The translations under genes and the position numbers were made by a program. Shown piece after piece: positions 1-13,062 of a DNA stretch of 64,000 bases (within the stretch, counting starts at the first letter, position 1; every line of letters starts with the position of its first letter). Under the pieces are notes generated by a model, which was given only the letters and a program-made list of their open reading frames with translations, was not told where the DNA came from and ran no database searches. The stretch lies in NCBI GenBank assembly GCA_964016885.1, contig OZ024740.1, positions 195,796,001 to 195,860,000 on the forward strand, read 5' to 3'. This stretch comes from Eledone cirrhosa. Its lineage: Eukaryota.

Positions 1-483
1 GTGACAATAAGAATTGCAGCTATTTGTAAACTTTATTACATACGAGAACAAAAGTTACTATTTTACCGCTTAGTATTGTAGAAAACCGACTATTTTCAAA
101 CTTTACACATGTAATACTTGTTTCAGGGAGTGTTCTGAGCAAAAAAAATTTCAAATTTTCAATGCCCTAGGGACCGCATTAGGCAATTTAGCGATCTGTC
201 TCCGTAATGCAGACAGCCAGACATATAGACAGATATTATAAGGGCGCGACGTTATATGTATGTATCTATCTAAAAAGAGAAAGATTATAGAGAGAGATCG
301 CTAAATAGCCTAATGCGGTCCCTAGGGCATTGAAAATTTGAAATTTCTTTTGCTCAGAACACTCCCTGAAACATAAGTATTACATGTGTAAAGTTTGAAA
401 ACAGTCGGTTGGGTGCTTCTCGAGTTTTAAGGATTCAAATTCACACACACACACACAGACATCCTCAGTTTTATATATATAGA
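1..483 (-). mobile_element. 5' portion of a non-autonomous Helitron-like element, truncated by the window edge
   Basis: Minus strand begins TCTATATATATAAAACTGAGGATGTCTG(TG)n, the usual 5'-TC plus microsatellite start of non-autonomous Helitrons. The 3' end is not in the window. Confidence 0.5.
84..410. repeat. Inverted repeat, arms ~115 bp (84-197 and 295-410), ~100 bp spacer
   Basis: aaccgactattttcaaactttacacatg...gcgatct is the near-exact reverse complement of agatcgctaaatagcc...acagtcggtt. Confidence 0.9.
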
Positions 484-599
484 TAGATAATGTTGTTCTA
501 GATACATTATGTTTAAGTAAAACAGGAAATGATTATAGTTGGAATGTTTTTAACCAATGGTCTATTCAATCAATTTCCAGCCTACTGATTCACCAGTCT

Positions 600-1370
600 T
601 GATATCACTTCCAACCCTGCTGTACATGTCAATACTATCCATGAAGATTATGATCAGGAGAGCTGACAGTATACACGCTTAGCTGGGTCTGGCACCCACA
701 TTGAATGGTTTCAACTTAACACTATTTATCTGAACACAAATACTAAGTGATTCATATAGAGACATCAGGGCAACAAAAAGCTGTCCATCGATCCCATACT
801 CCTGCAGAACTTTGCACAACAGGCTCCGTGGAATGTGGTCATATGCCTTTTCAAGGTGTATGAAACAAGCATACACCTCCTATGATTTCTCAAAGACCTG
901 GCACAGTGTGAATATTTGGTTGGCTGTGCTGTGTCCAGCACATGTTCATCAGCTAGCTTCTACTTAACATTATCCCTACATTTCTTTGCCAGACAGTTAG
1001 CATAGACTTTACTGGGGAGGCTTAACAAGGAGACCACTCTATAATTGGAGCAATATATCTTGTCTCCCTTTTTAAAAATTGAAATTATCACTCGCAATCG
1101 CCATTGCTTAGGTGTCTTTCTAGAGATCCAGGCCACCCAGCACACATGAGTCAGCTGCGAAGATTGAGACACACATCCTCTCAAGGAAGCCAGCACAGTG
1201 CACTACTCTACATGTGAGTAGAGTTCCACTGAAGCAGGTAAAGAAGTTCAAGTATGTTGACGTCATATTCATGAGTGATGGAAGGCAGAAGGCTGAATTA
1301 AGTGCAAGAATTGGAGGAGCTGGTGCAGTAATGTGCCAGCTTCAGCATTCGGTCATCAGAAGATGAGTTG
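600..1370. mobile_element. Old RTE-clade (Expander/Rex3-like) LINE RT remnant with internal inversion
   Basis: Minus 679-1196 gives IFKKGDK..CSNYR.VSLLS and CFIHLEKAYDHIPR; plus ~1240-1365 gives KKFKYVDVIFMSDGRQKAELSARIGGAGAVM. Contains stops and frameshifts. Confidence 0.75.
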
Positions 1371-1639
1371 TAGTTGTTCTTTGGGGATAGACTTAATTCA
1401 TTGCTCAGTTTAATTCTTAATATCTTTTAATAATTTAGCAGAAAATGTTTAAAAATGTGTTTGTTAATTCAAATGTATATAATATCTTTACTAGGGGATA
1501 GATAATTGTAAAAAGTTTGCTGTATTCGAGTAAAGACATTGATTTTTATTGTGATGCAACCATAGTGCTGTTTTGTTCTTTTCAAGAATGTCTAGTTAAA
1601 GTAGTCTCATGCAATACAGGACGTTAAGAATTAACACCA

Positions 1640-1930
1640 TCTCTAGGACTGTGACGTTTTTAGCAAACCCAATTTTTGTAAATGTTTGGGTCATGTCTTT
1701 GGCCTGTAGAATATCCTTTCTCTCATTAGTTCAAAAGTTCTGGAAAAGACACCTACTTCTCCAGCAAAAAATATTTTTAGAACCTCACAAACATCTGCTC
1801 TTTGTGAAGAAGTTTAAACTAAATTGTTATATTTGTGGACTTTATTGCATGATTTTTGTCAATACATGTACAGCCACCACTAATCTCTTCATAAGGAATT
1901 TGATTTTTATTTGTTATAAAGTGTTATATT
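1640..1930 (-). pseudogene. Possible decayed LTR-retrotransposon integrase N-terminal remnant
   Basis: Minus-strand peptide VCEVLKIFFAGEVGVFSRTFELMRERIFYRP loosely resembles the G.FG..RT..L.RERFYWP segment of Gypsy integrase. Stops in all frames. Confidence 0.25.
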
Positions 1931-2169
1931 ACTTTCATCTTTCGTCTTCATGTGAAAAAACAAAATGAGAAGGATGGGAAAAGAGAAGAAAGACTATGTT
2001 GATTCATCTCATGGCCATACCAATTTTTAACTTTACATTAATTCCATTGATAAAATTAGATAAAAAATATTAACAAAAAACAAAGATAAAGAGACTTGAA
2101 GAAGACTTATCTACAGATTATCACTCAATCAGATTATGTCACATTTTATATCATACTGACTTGCTTAAT

Positions 2170-2720
<551 letters not shown>

Positions 2721-2858
2721 ATCATCATCATCATCATCATCAACGTTTAACGTCCGTGTTCCACACTTGCATGGGTTTGGACGGGGGTTTTCCCACTTGA
2801 GGCAAGAGTGATTGTCTTGCTCGCATAGGACTATCTGGCGGGTTTTCTACAGCTGGAT
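2721..2858 (-). mobile_element. 3'-terminal fragment of RTE LINE family A with (GAT)n tail, fused head-to-head to the next copy
   Basis: Matches the reverse complement of the RTE 3' end at ~3895-4035 and ~26395-26537. Confidence 0.85.
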
Positions 2859-4035
2859 CAGTGTGTAGGAAAGGAGTAGGCAGAAACTCCATTTTATGTC
2901 CCAAATGCAAAGTATGGGTGCATAAAAGATGTAGTGGGATCACAGGTAAGCTAACTAAGAATATAGATTTTATATGTGGCCGGTGCTCTGGTGCAATAAG
3001 TAGCAGCAAGTGCCCAAGAATACTATCTCATTCCATTGCACAGATGGTTCTATAGAAATAGTGGACACCTTCCGTTACTTGGGTGACAAAATCAGCAGTG
3101 GTGGAGGGTGCTCTGAAAGTACAGTAGCTAGAGTCAGAACTGGATGGAAAAAGTTCAGAGAGCTTATACCACTATTAGCCGCTAAGGGGTTCTCCCTAAA
3201 AATGAAAGGCAGGCTGTATGATGCCTGCATACGAACAGCAATGTTGCATGGCAGTGAGACCTGGGCATTGTGTGCAGAGGATATACGCAGACTGGAGAGG
3301 AACGAAGCTTGCATGCTCCACTGGATGTGTAATAGAAATATACGTGAACAGCAAAGCATAAACTAACTAAGGGAAAAATTAGAAATAAGAGGGATCAGAT
3401 GTTGTTTACTCGAGAGAAGACTACGTTGGTATGGTCACGTGATGCGCATGAAAGACGACAGCTGTATAAAAAAGTGCAGGGCAATAAAAATAGACGGTAA
3501 CCACGGAGTAGGCAGACCCAGAAAAACCTGGGACAACTTGATAAATTCTGACCTCACACACTTACACCTCTCCAAGAAAATGTCACTGGACCGAGATCTT
3601 TGGTGCTACACAGTAATACAGAAGACCCACCTTACCTAAGTACAAAGTGAAACCTACTACAGTCAGTAGGCACCTCTAACAAAAATACACCCCCATCCCA
3701 CTACCCCCACCCCATCCACCCACCCCTTTCAATGTAAAGTTATGTTGGTACCACAACATCCAGTCCAAAACAAATGAGGTCGTGTAGGTGTCACGACAAA
3801 AAAACACACAGTCCACGCTGTAATGTGGCCGTGTAGGTAACACGGTAAAAACCTCCCAGTCCACACTGTAAATGTGGTTGGTGTTAGGAAGGGCATCCAA
3901 CTGTAGAAAACCTGCCAGACAGTCCTATGCGAGCAAGACAACCACTCTTGCCTCAAGTGGGAAACTCCCGTCCAAACCCATGCAAGCGTGGAAGATGGAC
4001 GTTAAACGATGATGATGATGATGATGATGATGATG
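2859..4035 (+). mobile_element. 5'-truncated RTE LINE, family A (RT C-terminus, 3'UTR, (GAT)n tail), disrupted
   Basis: Peptides [31 protein letters not shown] and RPRKTW match the open copy at 24754-26028; frameshift near 3020 and stop at 3364. Confidence 0.92.
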
Positions 4036-4082
<47 letters not shown>

Positions 4083-4208
4083 TATATATATATATATATG
4101 TGTATGTATATGTATATGTATGTATGTATATGTATATATATGTATGTATATGTATATATATGTATGTATATGTATATATATATATATATATATGTATGTA
4201 TATGTATA

Positions 4209-5309
4209 TCTACTATATAAATTGGAAGTGGTCGGACGTTGTATATTTAAGTGTATATTTAAGGAAGTAAGTAAGTGTAGTCGGATAAACGTCGAAACGG
4301 CTTGGTGGAATGCAGCAAAAATTTACAGTTATGCAGAATAACCCGAGGAGGCATTGGGTCGACTTTTAGGGTACAAGCTTCCATGGTTACGGAGAAAATC
4401 GATGAAACAGGAATTTTCCCGTTCAAATTGAACTGAGAGTAATCTGTGAACGCAGAAGTAAATATTTCGAGAAACGTTCCAACCGAACGAAAAAAGGAAG
4501 ACGATATTTTGGTTTGTGAAGACGTTCCCTGGCAATGTACGGAAAAAATGCGAGGATAAGACGTCGTTATGTGGAGCGTGAAGAACAATTTCATGCAAAG
4601 ACAAGACCAAGTTTATGGTATAAATGGAGTCGTTAGAGTAATATTCTATTTAACATAACAGAATGATTTCCAGCCGCGGAGTTTAAGAATGATGTAAATA
4701 AAATTGAAAACGAAAATGACAGAGGTTATTAAAATAGTAAAAGTAAATAGTGAAGATTTAAGCCAGTACATACGTATGCCCCGACGGACATACACATACA
4801 TACGCACACACAAATACATACCTCCCCCCCCCCACACACACACACGCGCGCGCACGCGTATGTATAAACCTTATGCATTTCTACAGTATTTTCACCAAAC
4901 TTAAGACATAGGTTACTTATGTACTCCGGATGGTCATGAGCACTGTCATTTTTCCAGATATTGATTATAGCCCCCCCCCCCCCCCGCACATAACCCCTTT
5001 AACCACTTTAACCACTTCCTTGGAGTCGACTGAAGCACTGCAATGCAATGCAACAAAACGTCATAACTTCTGGAGTTCGCAAGCGATTTTCACAAAACTT
5101 GACACATGGGCTACGTTTGTTCTACAGATGAATGTGAACTCTCAGAATTGGCACATATTGAGTAGGGGACCCATGGGGGCAGGAATCCTCTTTTGGAAAA
5201 AGCCGATGATTTTGTAAAAGTATAGTTTTCGAAGTAGCACTGAAGTAGTGACATAAATGGTATACACAACTGCTATTTAATACCCGAGCAACGCCGGGTA
5301 ATTCTGCTA

Positions 5310-5310
<1 letters not shown>
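4209..5310 (+). mobile_element. Complete non-autonomous Helitron (~1.1 kb)
   Basis: 5' A|TCTACTATATAAATTGG at 4209; subterminal hairpin TACCCGAGCAACGCCGGGTA (5281-5300); 3' CTAG|T at 5307-5311. No TSD and no Rep/helicase ORF. Confidence 0.8.
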
Positions 5311-5375
<65 letters not shown>

Positions 5376-5378
5376 ATG

Positions 5379-5409
<31 letters not shown>

Positions 5410-5413
5410 ATAT

Positions 5414-5444
<31 letters not shown>

Positions 5445-6889
5445 GGTTTAGCGTCCGTGTTCCACGCTTGCATGGGTTTGGACGGGGGTTTTCCCACTTG
5501 AGGCAAGAGTGGTTGTCTTGCTCGCATAGGACTGTCTGGCGGGTTTTCTAGTTGGATGCCCTTCCTAACACCAACCACATTTACAGTGTGGGGCTGGGAG
5601 GTTTATACCGTGTTGCCTACACGGCCACATTACAGCGTGGACTGTCTGGCGGGTTTTCTACAGCTGGATGCCCTTCCTAACACCAACCACATTTACAGTG
5701 TGGGGCTGGGAGGTTTTTACCGTGTTGCCTACACGGCCACATTTACAGCGTGGACTGTGTGTTTTTTGTCGTTACACCTACACGATCTCATTTTTTTCGG
5801 CCTGGATGTTGTGGGACCAACATAACTTTACATTGAAAGGGGCGGTGTGGATGGGGTGGAGGTGGTGGGACGGGGGTGTGTTTTGATAGAGATGCCTACT
5901 GACTGTAGTAGGTTTTTACTTTGTATTTAGGGAAGGCGGGTCTTCTCTATTACTGAGTACCGGCAAAGGTCTCAGTCCAGTGACATTGTCTTGGAGAGGT
6001 GTAAGCGTGTGAGGTCGGAATTTATCAGCTCGTCCCATGTTTTTCTGGGTTGCCTACTCCGTGGCTACCGTCTATCTTTATTGCCCTGCACTTTGTTATA
6101 CAGCTGTCGTCTTTCATGCGCATTACGTGACCATACCAACGTAGTCTTCTCTCGAGTAAACAACATCTGATCCCTCTTATTTCTAATTTTTCCCTTAGTT
6201 AGTTTATGCTTTGCTGTTCACGTATATTTCTATTACACATCCAGTGGAGCATGCAAGCTTCGTTCCTCTCCAGTCTGCGTATATCCTCTGCACACAATGT
6301 CCAGGTCTCACTGCCATGCAGCATTGCTGTTCGTATGCAGGCATCGTATAACCTGCCTTTCATTTTTAGGGAGAACCCTCTAGCGGCTAATAGTGGTATA
6401 AGCTCTCTGAACTTTTTCCATCCAGTTCTGACTCTAGCTACTGTACTTTCAGAGCACCCTCCCCCACTGCTGATTTTGTCACCCAGGTAACGGAAGCTGT
6501 CCACTATTTCTGTAGAACCCTCTGCGCAGTTGAAGGAGCTAGTATTTTGTGGGCACTTGCTGCTACTTATTGCACCAGAGCACCGGCCACATGTAAAATC
6601 TATGTTCTTAGTTAGCTTACCTGTGATCCCACTACATCTTTTATGCACCCATACTTTGCATTTGGGACATAAAATGGAGTTTCTACCTACGCCTTTCCTA
6701 CACACTGAGCATGGCCATTTCCCAGATGGGACTGCCGCCTTATTTTCTTTCCTACAAACTAGAACTTTAGTCTTAGCCAGGTTAATTTTAAGGCCTTTTG
6801 ATTCTAGGCCGTGCTTCCATGTTTGGAATTTCTTCTCTAGTTCGGTCATTGATTCAGCTATGAGCGTTAGATCATCTGCGTATAGGAGT
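5414..6889 (-). mobile_element. 5'-truncated RTE LINE, family A
   Basis: ORF 6199-6849 is nearly identical to the 24808 ORF; begins at LLYADD; 3'UTR has a tandem duplication and (GAT)n tail; (TA)n on both sides. Confidence 0.93.
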
Positions 6890-6962
6890 GTGTATGTATA
6901 TGTATATTTATATATATATATATATGTATGTATATATATATATATGTATGTATATGTATATT

Positions 6963-7091
<129 letters not shown>

Positions 7092-7147
7092 ATCTATATA
7101 TATATATATATATGTATCTATCTATCTATATATATATATATATATGT

Positions 7148-9891
7148 ATCATCATCATCATCACAGTTTTACGTCCGTTCTTCCACGCTAGCATGGGCTA
7201 GACGGGTTGTCCTGTTGTGGGCAGTGTCTGGTCGGCTGACCATGCCTTGCTCATACAGGAACTGATTTGGCTTGATTTCTACAGCTGGATACCCTTCCTA
7301 ACACCAACCTCATTTACAGTGAGTGCTGGGTGCTTTTTCGTGGCGCCTACGCGTCCACTTTACAGTGTGGGCTGGGTGTTTTTTTTTTTTTTGCCGTGGC
7401 ACCTCCACGACCACCTTGCGGTGGGAGTGTGGGGGCATATTGTCTATATGTTTCAGCTTGTAGCCATGGGAGGTCGGGTACTCTGTATTACTGCGTGACG
7501 CCAGAGGTCACGGTCATGTGTCATTGTCTTTGAGAGGTGTAATTGGGTAAGGTCGGCTTTTATCACCTCATCCCAGGTCATCTTGGGTCTCCCCACTCCG
7601 CGGTTTCCATCGACTTCTAGTGCTCTGCACCTTTTTATGCAGCTGTCATCCTTCATACGCATCACATGTCCATACCAGCGCAACCGCCTCTCCTGCACAC
7701 AGCATTTGATTCCTCTTATGCTCAGTCTCTCTCTCAATTCATTTATGCTTTGTCGTTCACGTATATTACTGTTACACATCCATCGGAGCATGCAGGCTTC
7801 GTTTCTCTCTAATCTCCGTAAGTCTTCCACCTTCAGCGCCCAGGTCTCACTATCATGCAACATTGCTGTTCGGATACACGCATCATACAGTCTGCCTTTC
7901 ATTTTGAGGGAGAAGCCTTTTGCAGCTAGCAGTGGTAGTAGTTCCCTAAATTTCTTCCATCCCGTTCTTACCCTAGTTATTATACTTTCTGAACACCCAC
8001 CTCCGCTGCTAATTCGGTCACCTAGGTAGCAGAAGCTGTCTACTTTTTCTACAGAGCCCTCCCAGAGATTGGTGGTACTTGTTTCCTGTGGCTGTTTGCT
8101 GCTTGCTGTCGCAGCACAGCTGCTGCATATGAAGCCTAATTAAGCTTCCTGAGATCCCGCTACATCTCTTGTGTACCCATTGTTTGCATTTGGAGCAGAG
8201 AATGGAGTTCCTACCTACACCTTTCCTACATACTGAGCAAGGCCATTTCCCTGAGGGGATCTGGGTTCTGTTTTCTTGTCTACTTACAAGAACCTTAGTC
8301 TTTGTCATGTTGACTTTGAAACCCTTTCTTTCTAGTCCCTGCTTCCAAGTTTGGAATTTATTCTCTAGTTCTACCATAGATTCAGCTATGAGTGCGAGGT
8401 CATCAGCATACAGGAGTTCCCATGGGCATCCGGTCTTAAACTCCTCCGTTATTGCCTGCAGGACTATGATGAACAGGAGGGGGTTAAGAACAGAGCCCTG
8501 GTGGACCCCAACCTGTACGCTAAATTCCTCGCTATACTCATTGCTAATCCTAACTTTGCTGACTGCTCCCCTATACATGGCTTGTACCACTTTCACAAGC
8601 CATTCATCTACTCCTAGTTTTCTAAGAGCCCACCAGATTACAGCACGTGGAACTCTGTCAAAGGCTTTCTCAAGGTCGACAAATGCCAAGTAGAGTGGCT
8701 TATTTTTAGCTAGATACTTTTCCTGTAACTGCCTCACAAGGAAGATGGCATCAGTGGTGCCTCTTCCTGGTACAAACCCAAATTGCATCTCATCTAGTTT
8801 CACTCGGTCCCTAATCAACTGTGCTATAACTCTTTCTGTTATTTTCATGACCTGGTTCATCAACTTTATACCTCTATAGTTTCCTCTATCTAGTGCATCG
8901 CCTTTACCTTTGTAGCAGTTGACAATGATGCTACTGCACCAATCTTTTGCTATGACACCTTCTAGTATTACCTGGTTAACAATACGTGTGGTTATAGTGT
9001 GACCTACAGACCCAGATGCCTTCAGCATCTCGGCAGCTATACCCAATGGACCAGTTGCCTTCCCCATCTTCATATCTTTGATTGCCTTACTTACTACGTT
9101 GCTGCTGACTTGTACTGCTGGCCCCTCTATAGGGTCTACTTGGGGTAGGGTCTCTTCTTCCCATGCATTCTCCTCATTTAGTAATCTATCATAATGACTC
9201 TTCCATGCATCTTTCTTCTCAGCACTTGTGAGGGCAAGCTCACCTTTATCATTCCGGATACACTTCTCTCCAATGACATCACAACTATCTCTGACACACT
9301 GCCTCGCAATCTTGAACACCTCCTGTTTCTGGTCCTCACGTTGCAAAACATGCTTGAATTTTCTATCCTCTGCTTCCCTCCTAGCTAAGTATACTTGTCG
9401 CCTAGCTTCCCTCTTGGTCTCTATGTAATGTACCCTGCTCCCCCCATTCTTCCATACTTTCCATGCCTGTCTCTTGGCCTTAACTGCTTCATCTACCTTA
9501 TTGTTCCACCACCAAGTCACTCTCCTCCTGTTTGAGGTCTTACTCTGGCCACAGACCTCATCCGTCGCCTCTAGTAACTTATTTTTTAGGAACTCCCAGG
9601 AATGTCTCTATCTGTTCTTCTTTACTGTCGTAGGCGTTGAGTAAAATATCTTTAAATCTGTTACTGGTTGAGGGGACTTTCAGATCTTTCTTCTCCAGGT
9701 TGGCCTCTGTTTCCAGGTTCGTCTAGTTCTGACCGTGAGGTCGCTGACAACTAAGCTATGTTGGGATGTACATTCCTCAGTAGGGAAGGCTTTTGTGTTT
9801 ACGACCGTCCATCTGTCACGTCCTCTGGTGAGGATAAAATCTATCTGACTGGAGTGCTCCCCTGATCTATAGGTGATCAGGTGGTTGTCGG
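7148..9891 (-). mobile_element. 5'-truncated RTE LINE, family B (~2.7 kb: end of APE endonuclease, RT, 3'UTR)
   Basis: Minus strand near 9890 reads [25 protein letters not shown] (APE C-terminal motifs). ORF 8018-9520 has NYRGIKL, QFGF, FVDLEKAFD, GVHQGS, LLYADD. (GAT)n tail. Confidence 0.93.
8018..9520 (-). pseudogene. RTE reverse transcriptase ORF fragment (500 aa), frameshifted at both ends
   Basis: Complete set of non-LTR RT motifs in the ORF track translation; continues in another frame at 7453-7902. Confidence 0.9.
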
Positions 9892-9908
9892 ATATATATA
9901 TATATATG

Positions 9909-9979
<71 letters not shown>

Positions 9980-10017
9980 CTATATATATATATAGAGAGA
10001 GAGATACATATATATAT

Positions 10018-10046
<29 letters not shown>

Positions 10047-10051
<5 letters not shown>

Positions 10052-10444
10052 GAATGACGTAAAATAAGAAAATTATAAAAATTAACTTACTTACTAAAAA
10101 TTCTGTCTTTTTAACACCCCACTCCTCACTAATTAACCTCGATGTCACGTGATTGATTCTTTTGAATTTGCCACCGACCAAGTAGGCAGTGATTTTATCA
10201 ATGTCTTGGAATTTAGTCCACGCTTGCTTTTTTCCATCCACTGAATTATTTTTGTATAAGTTCCCTGTGTCCACGCATCGCCAGGTATCTTAGCTGAGAA
10301 CAGACTTCCTGATGATGAAACGGCTTCTCCATGCTTTCCATTTGGAAACCATGTTTATTCCCTTTCAGAAACTAATTAGTTGGAGTGAAATTTTTAGTAA
10401 GTAAGTTAATTTTTATAATTTTCTTATTTTACGTCATTCATATA
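10047..10444. mobile_element. Non-coding element with ~55-bp terminal inverted repeats carrying a hammerhead motif (Penelope pLTR-like)
   Basis: 10047-10102 is the reverse complement of 10389-10444; abuts (TA)n; hammerhead at 10304-10386. Confidence 0.7.
10304..10386 (+). ncRNA. Type-I hammerhead ribozyme motif with extended stem II
   Basis: Stem I ACUUC/GGAGU; CUGAUGA 10309-10315; stem II UGAAACGG/CCCUUUCA with inner hairpin; GAAA 10368-10371; palindromic ACUAAUUAGU; GUU triplet ending 10381. Confidence 0.7.
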
Positions 10445-10565
10445 ATTGTTCTGCATCCCCTTGCATTGAACCACAAAGTTACTAAGACAAAACCTATATA
10501 TTTGCTGGCATAGCTATGCATATGTATATATATGTTGGTAGATATACTAATTCTTTATATATATA

Positions 10566-11039
10566 TATAAAGAAACAGTCAGCAAGGTTAGAATTAACAA
10601 TGAATATAGTGAAGAGTTTAGCGTAAAAGTTGGTGTTCATCAGGGCACCGTTCTTAGCGCCCTACTATTTATTATTGCCCTTCAGGCTATAACAGTGGAG
10701 TTCAAGACTGGCTGCCCATGGGAACTCCTATACGCAGATGATCTAACGCTCATAGTTGAATCAATGGCTGAACTAGAGAAGAAATTCCAAACATGGAAGC
10801 ATGGCCTAGAATCAAAAGGCCTTAAAATTAACCTGTCTAAGACTAAAGTTCTAGTTTGTAGGAAGGAAAATAGGGCACTGGTCCCATCCGGGAAATGGCT
10901 ATGCTCAGTGTGTAGGAAAGGAGTAGGCAGAAACTCCATTTTATGTCGCAAATGCAAAGTATGGGTGCATAAAAGATGTAGTGGGATCACAGGTAAGCAA
11001 ACTAAGAACATAGATTTTATATGTGGCCGGTGCTCTGGT
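10566..11039 (+). mobile_element. Internal fragment of RTE family A RT
   Basis: [18 protein letters not shown]...CSVCRKG (ORF 10695-11084). Confidence 0.9.
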
Positions 11040-11276
11040 CCACACCATACTGAGTTCATATTTTTGTCAGTGAAAACATTCTGATTTCTTTCAATGGAAC
11101 ATGAAGAGAAGTTGAAATATAATTTTAGAAACCTTGTTTGGCGAACTGCTAGACTTTAGGTTTTCTTTCCAGCAGAATTATTGGGACAAGTACACATATT
11201 TTTATCAAAGCATATTATCAATTACGGTGACTCTAGTATTTGTCTAGTACTTTATATGATTGATTGTGACACCTGT

Positions 11277-11815
11277 TGGTGACATGACGAAAAGAACCCA
11301 GTCCACCCTGTAAAGTGGTTATTTGATTGACACAACAAAAAGCACCCAGCCCAACATATTAGTTGGTCATTTTGGTGCCATGATAAAAAGCACCCAGTCA
11401 ACTCTGTAAAGTGGTAATGTTGGTGACATGACAAAAAGCACCCAGTCCACCCTTTAAAGTAGCTATATTGGTGATACAACAAAAAACACCCAGTCTACCC
11501 TGTAAAATGGTCGTGTTAGTGACATGACAAAAAGCACCCAGTCAACCCTGTAATGTTCTTGTGCGAGTCACACAACAAAAATGCACCCAGTCCAACCTGT
11601 CAGTTAGTCATTTTGGTTTGACGATAAAAAGCACCCAGTCCACACTATAAATGTGGTTGGCATCAGGAAGGGCATCCTTCTGCACAAACCAAGCCAGAAA
11701 CAGTTCTGTATGAGCAAGATATGGTCATCTGATCTGACTTGTCTCACAATGGAACAACTCATCTCACACATGCTAGCATTGAAAATGGACATTAAACTGA
11801 GATGATGATGATGAG
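11277..11815 (+). repeat. ~48-bp minisatellite (about 8 degenerate units) running into an RTE-type 3' tail
   Basis: AAAAGCACCCAGTC recurs at ~48-bp spacing 11290-11640, then GGAAGGGCATCC...(GAT)n. Confidence 0.85.
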
Positions 11816-12886
11816 GATGATTAAGGAAGGACAAAAGCAAAGTTGGCTTTAATGGGAGTGAAATCAAAATGTAAAGTGTCATAACTAAATACCACATTTT
11901 TATTCCATGAGAAATATCAACTTTTAATTATAGACAAAGCCTTAGATTTGGGGGATGAATCCACCAAGATATTAACATTTATTTACCACAAACATTGTTT
12001 CTTGGCTTGCTTATATGGATGCAGAAATATGTGTGGTTAAGAAGTGCTCTTTGTAGCTATGTGTTTTGGACAAGTCTCTTCTACCATAGCTTTGGGTTTA
12101 CCTAATACTTGTGAGTAGATTTTGGTAGTCAGAAATTGTAAGGAAACAAACATGTGTGTGTGAGAGAGAAAGAGAGTGAGTGTGCGAGGGTGGGGGAGTC
12201 AGAGATTTAAAACTTGCACATTGAACAGAAATACCTTATGGCATTTTGTTCCACCCAATTTTGTCATATTATGCCTTGACCAATTTTACCTTTTTCCTTC
12301 CTGGGCCAATAAAAGTACTGAAAGGTGTTGATAAAATAATGTGGTGTCCCAGAATAGCTGGAGTTCCATAACTGAAAACAATTTAAAAAAATGATTAATT
12401 AATGCATACATAGAACAATCATTTTAGACATTTCAAAACACACAAGAACTGTTAACTTGACCTTATATTCATTATTTATTTATTTGTGTCAGTTGCAGTA
12501 GAATTAAGTCAGTAACCATCCAGAGATTGTGACAAACATATTGACATCAAGAAATAAATTATGAATTGTGTTAGTTATATTTTTTTTATGAACTCAGAAG
12601 TTTTATTGTAAAAAATTCAAGTGCCCTTTGTAGTTATGAAAACGGAAAAGGAGGCGAATGATAACGGAAGGGTGATGGGCTCTAGGCTTAGGGCATGGCA
12701 GTATTGTGGACAAGACTGCAAAAGCATTCCCACAGGCAATGGCCAGTGATGCCTGTTGCAATTATGAATATAAAGTAAAGATAACAGGTTTCAGTTTCAA
12801 CGCACTGTTTCAGATGAAGTCATAATACAAATACAATTCTGAAAGTAAACAAAATAGAAAAACAAAACATTATCTTCTCTACTAAG

Positions 12887-13062
12887 GGCGGTGGATTGGC
12901 AGTATCGGTAGAGGGTCGGACGTCATGCTTTCCAGCATAGTTACGTCCCTTTTTGATCTGAGTTCAAATCCCGTCGAGGTTGACTTTGCCTTTCATCCTT
13001 ACGGGGTCGATAAAATAAAGTACCAGTAATGCTGGCCTTGTGCCTAAAGTAGAAACAATTAT
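12887..13062 (+). mobile_element. tRNA-derived SINE, family 1. Other copies near 13905, 19580, 19728, 21443, 21709, 30823, 36330, 51440, 52528, 58075, 58274
   Basis: A-box-like TGGCAGTATCGG, B-box GAGTTCAAATCC, core CTTTGCCTTTCATCCTTACGGGGTCGATAAAATAAAGTACCAGT, tail GGCCTTGTGCCTAAAGTAGAAACAATTA. Confidence 0.85.

Noticed and set aside
11277-11640. CRISPR-like periodic array
   Set aside because: Whole units are mutually similar with no unique spacers, there are no cas genes, the context is eukaryotic, and the unit derives from a LINE 3'UTR.
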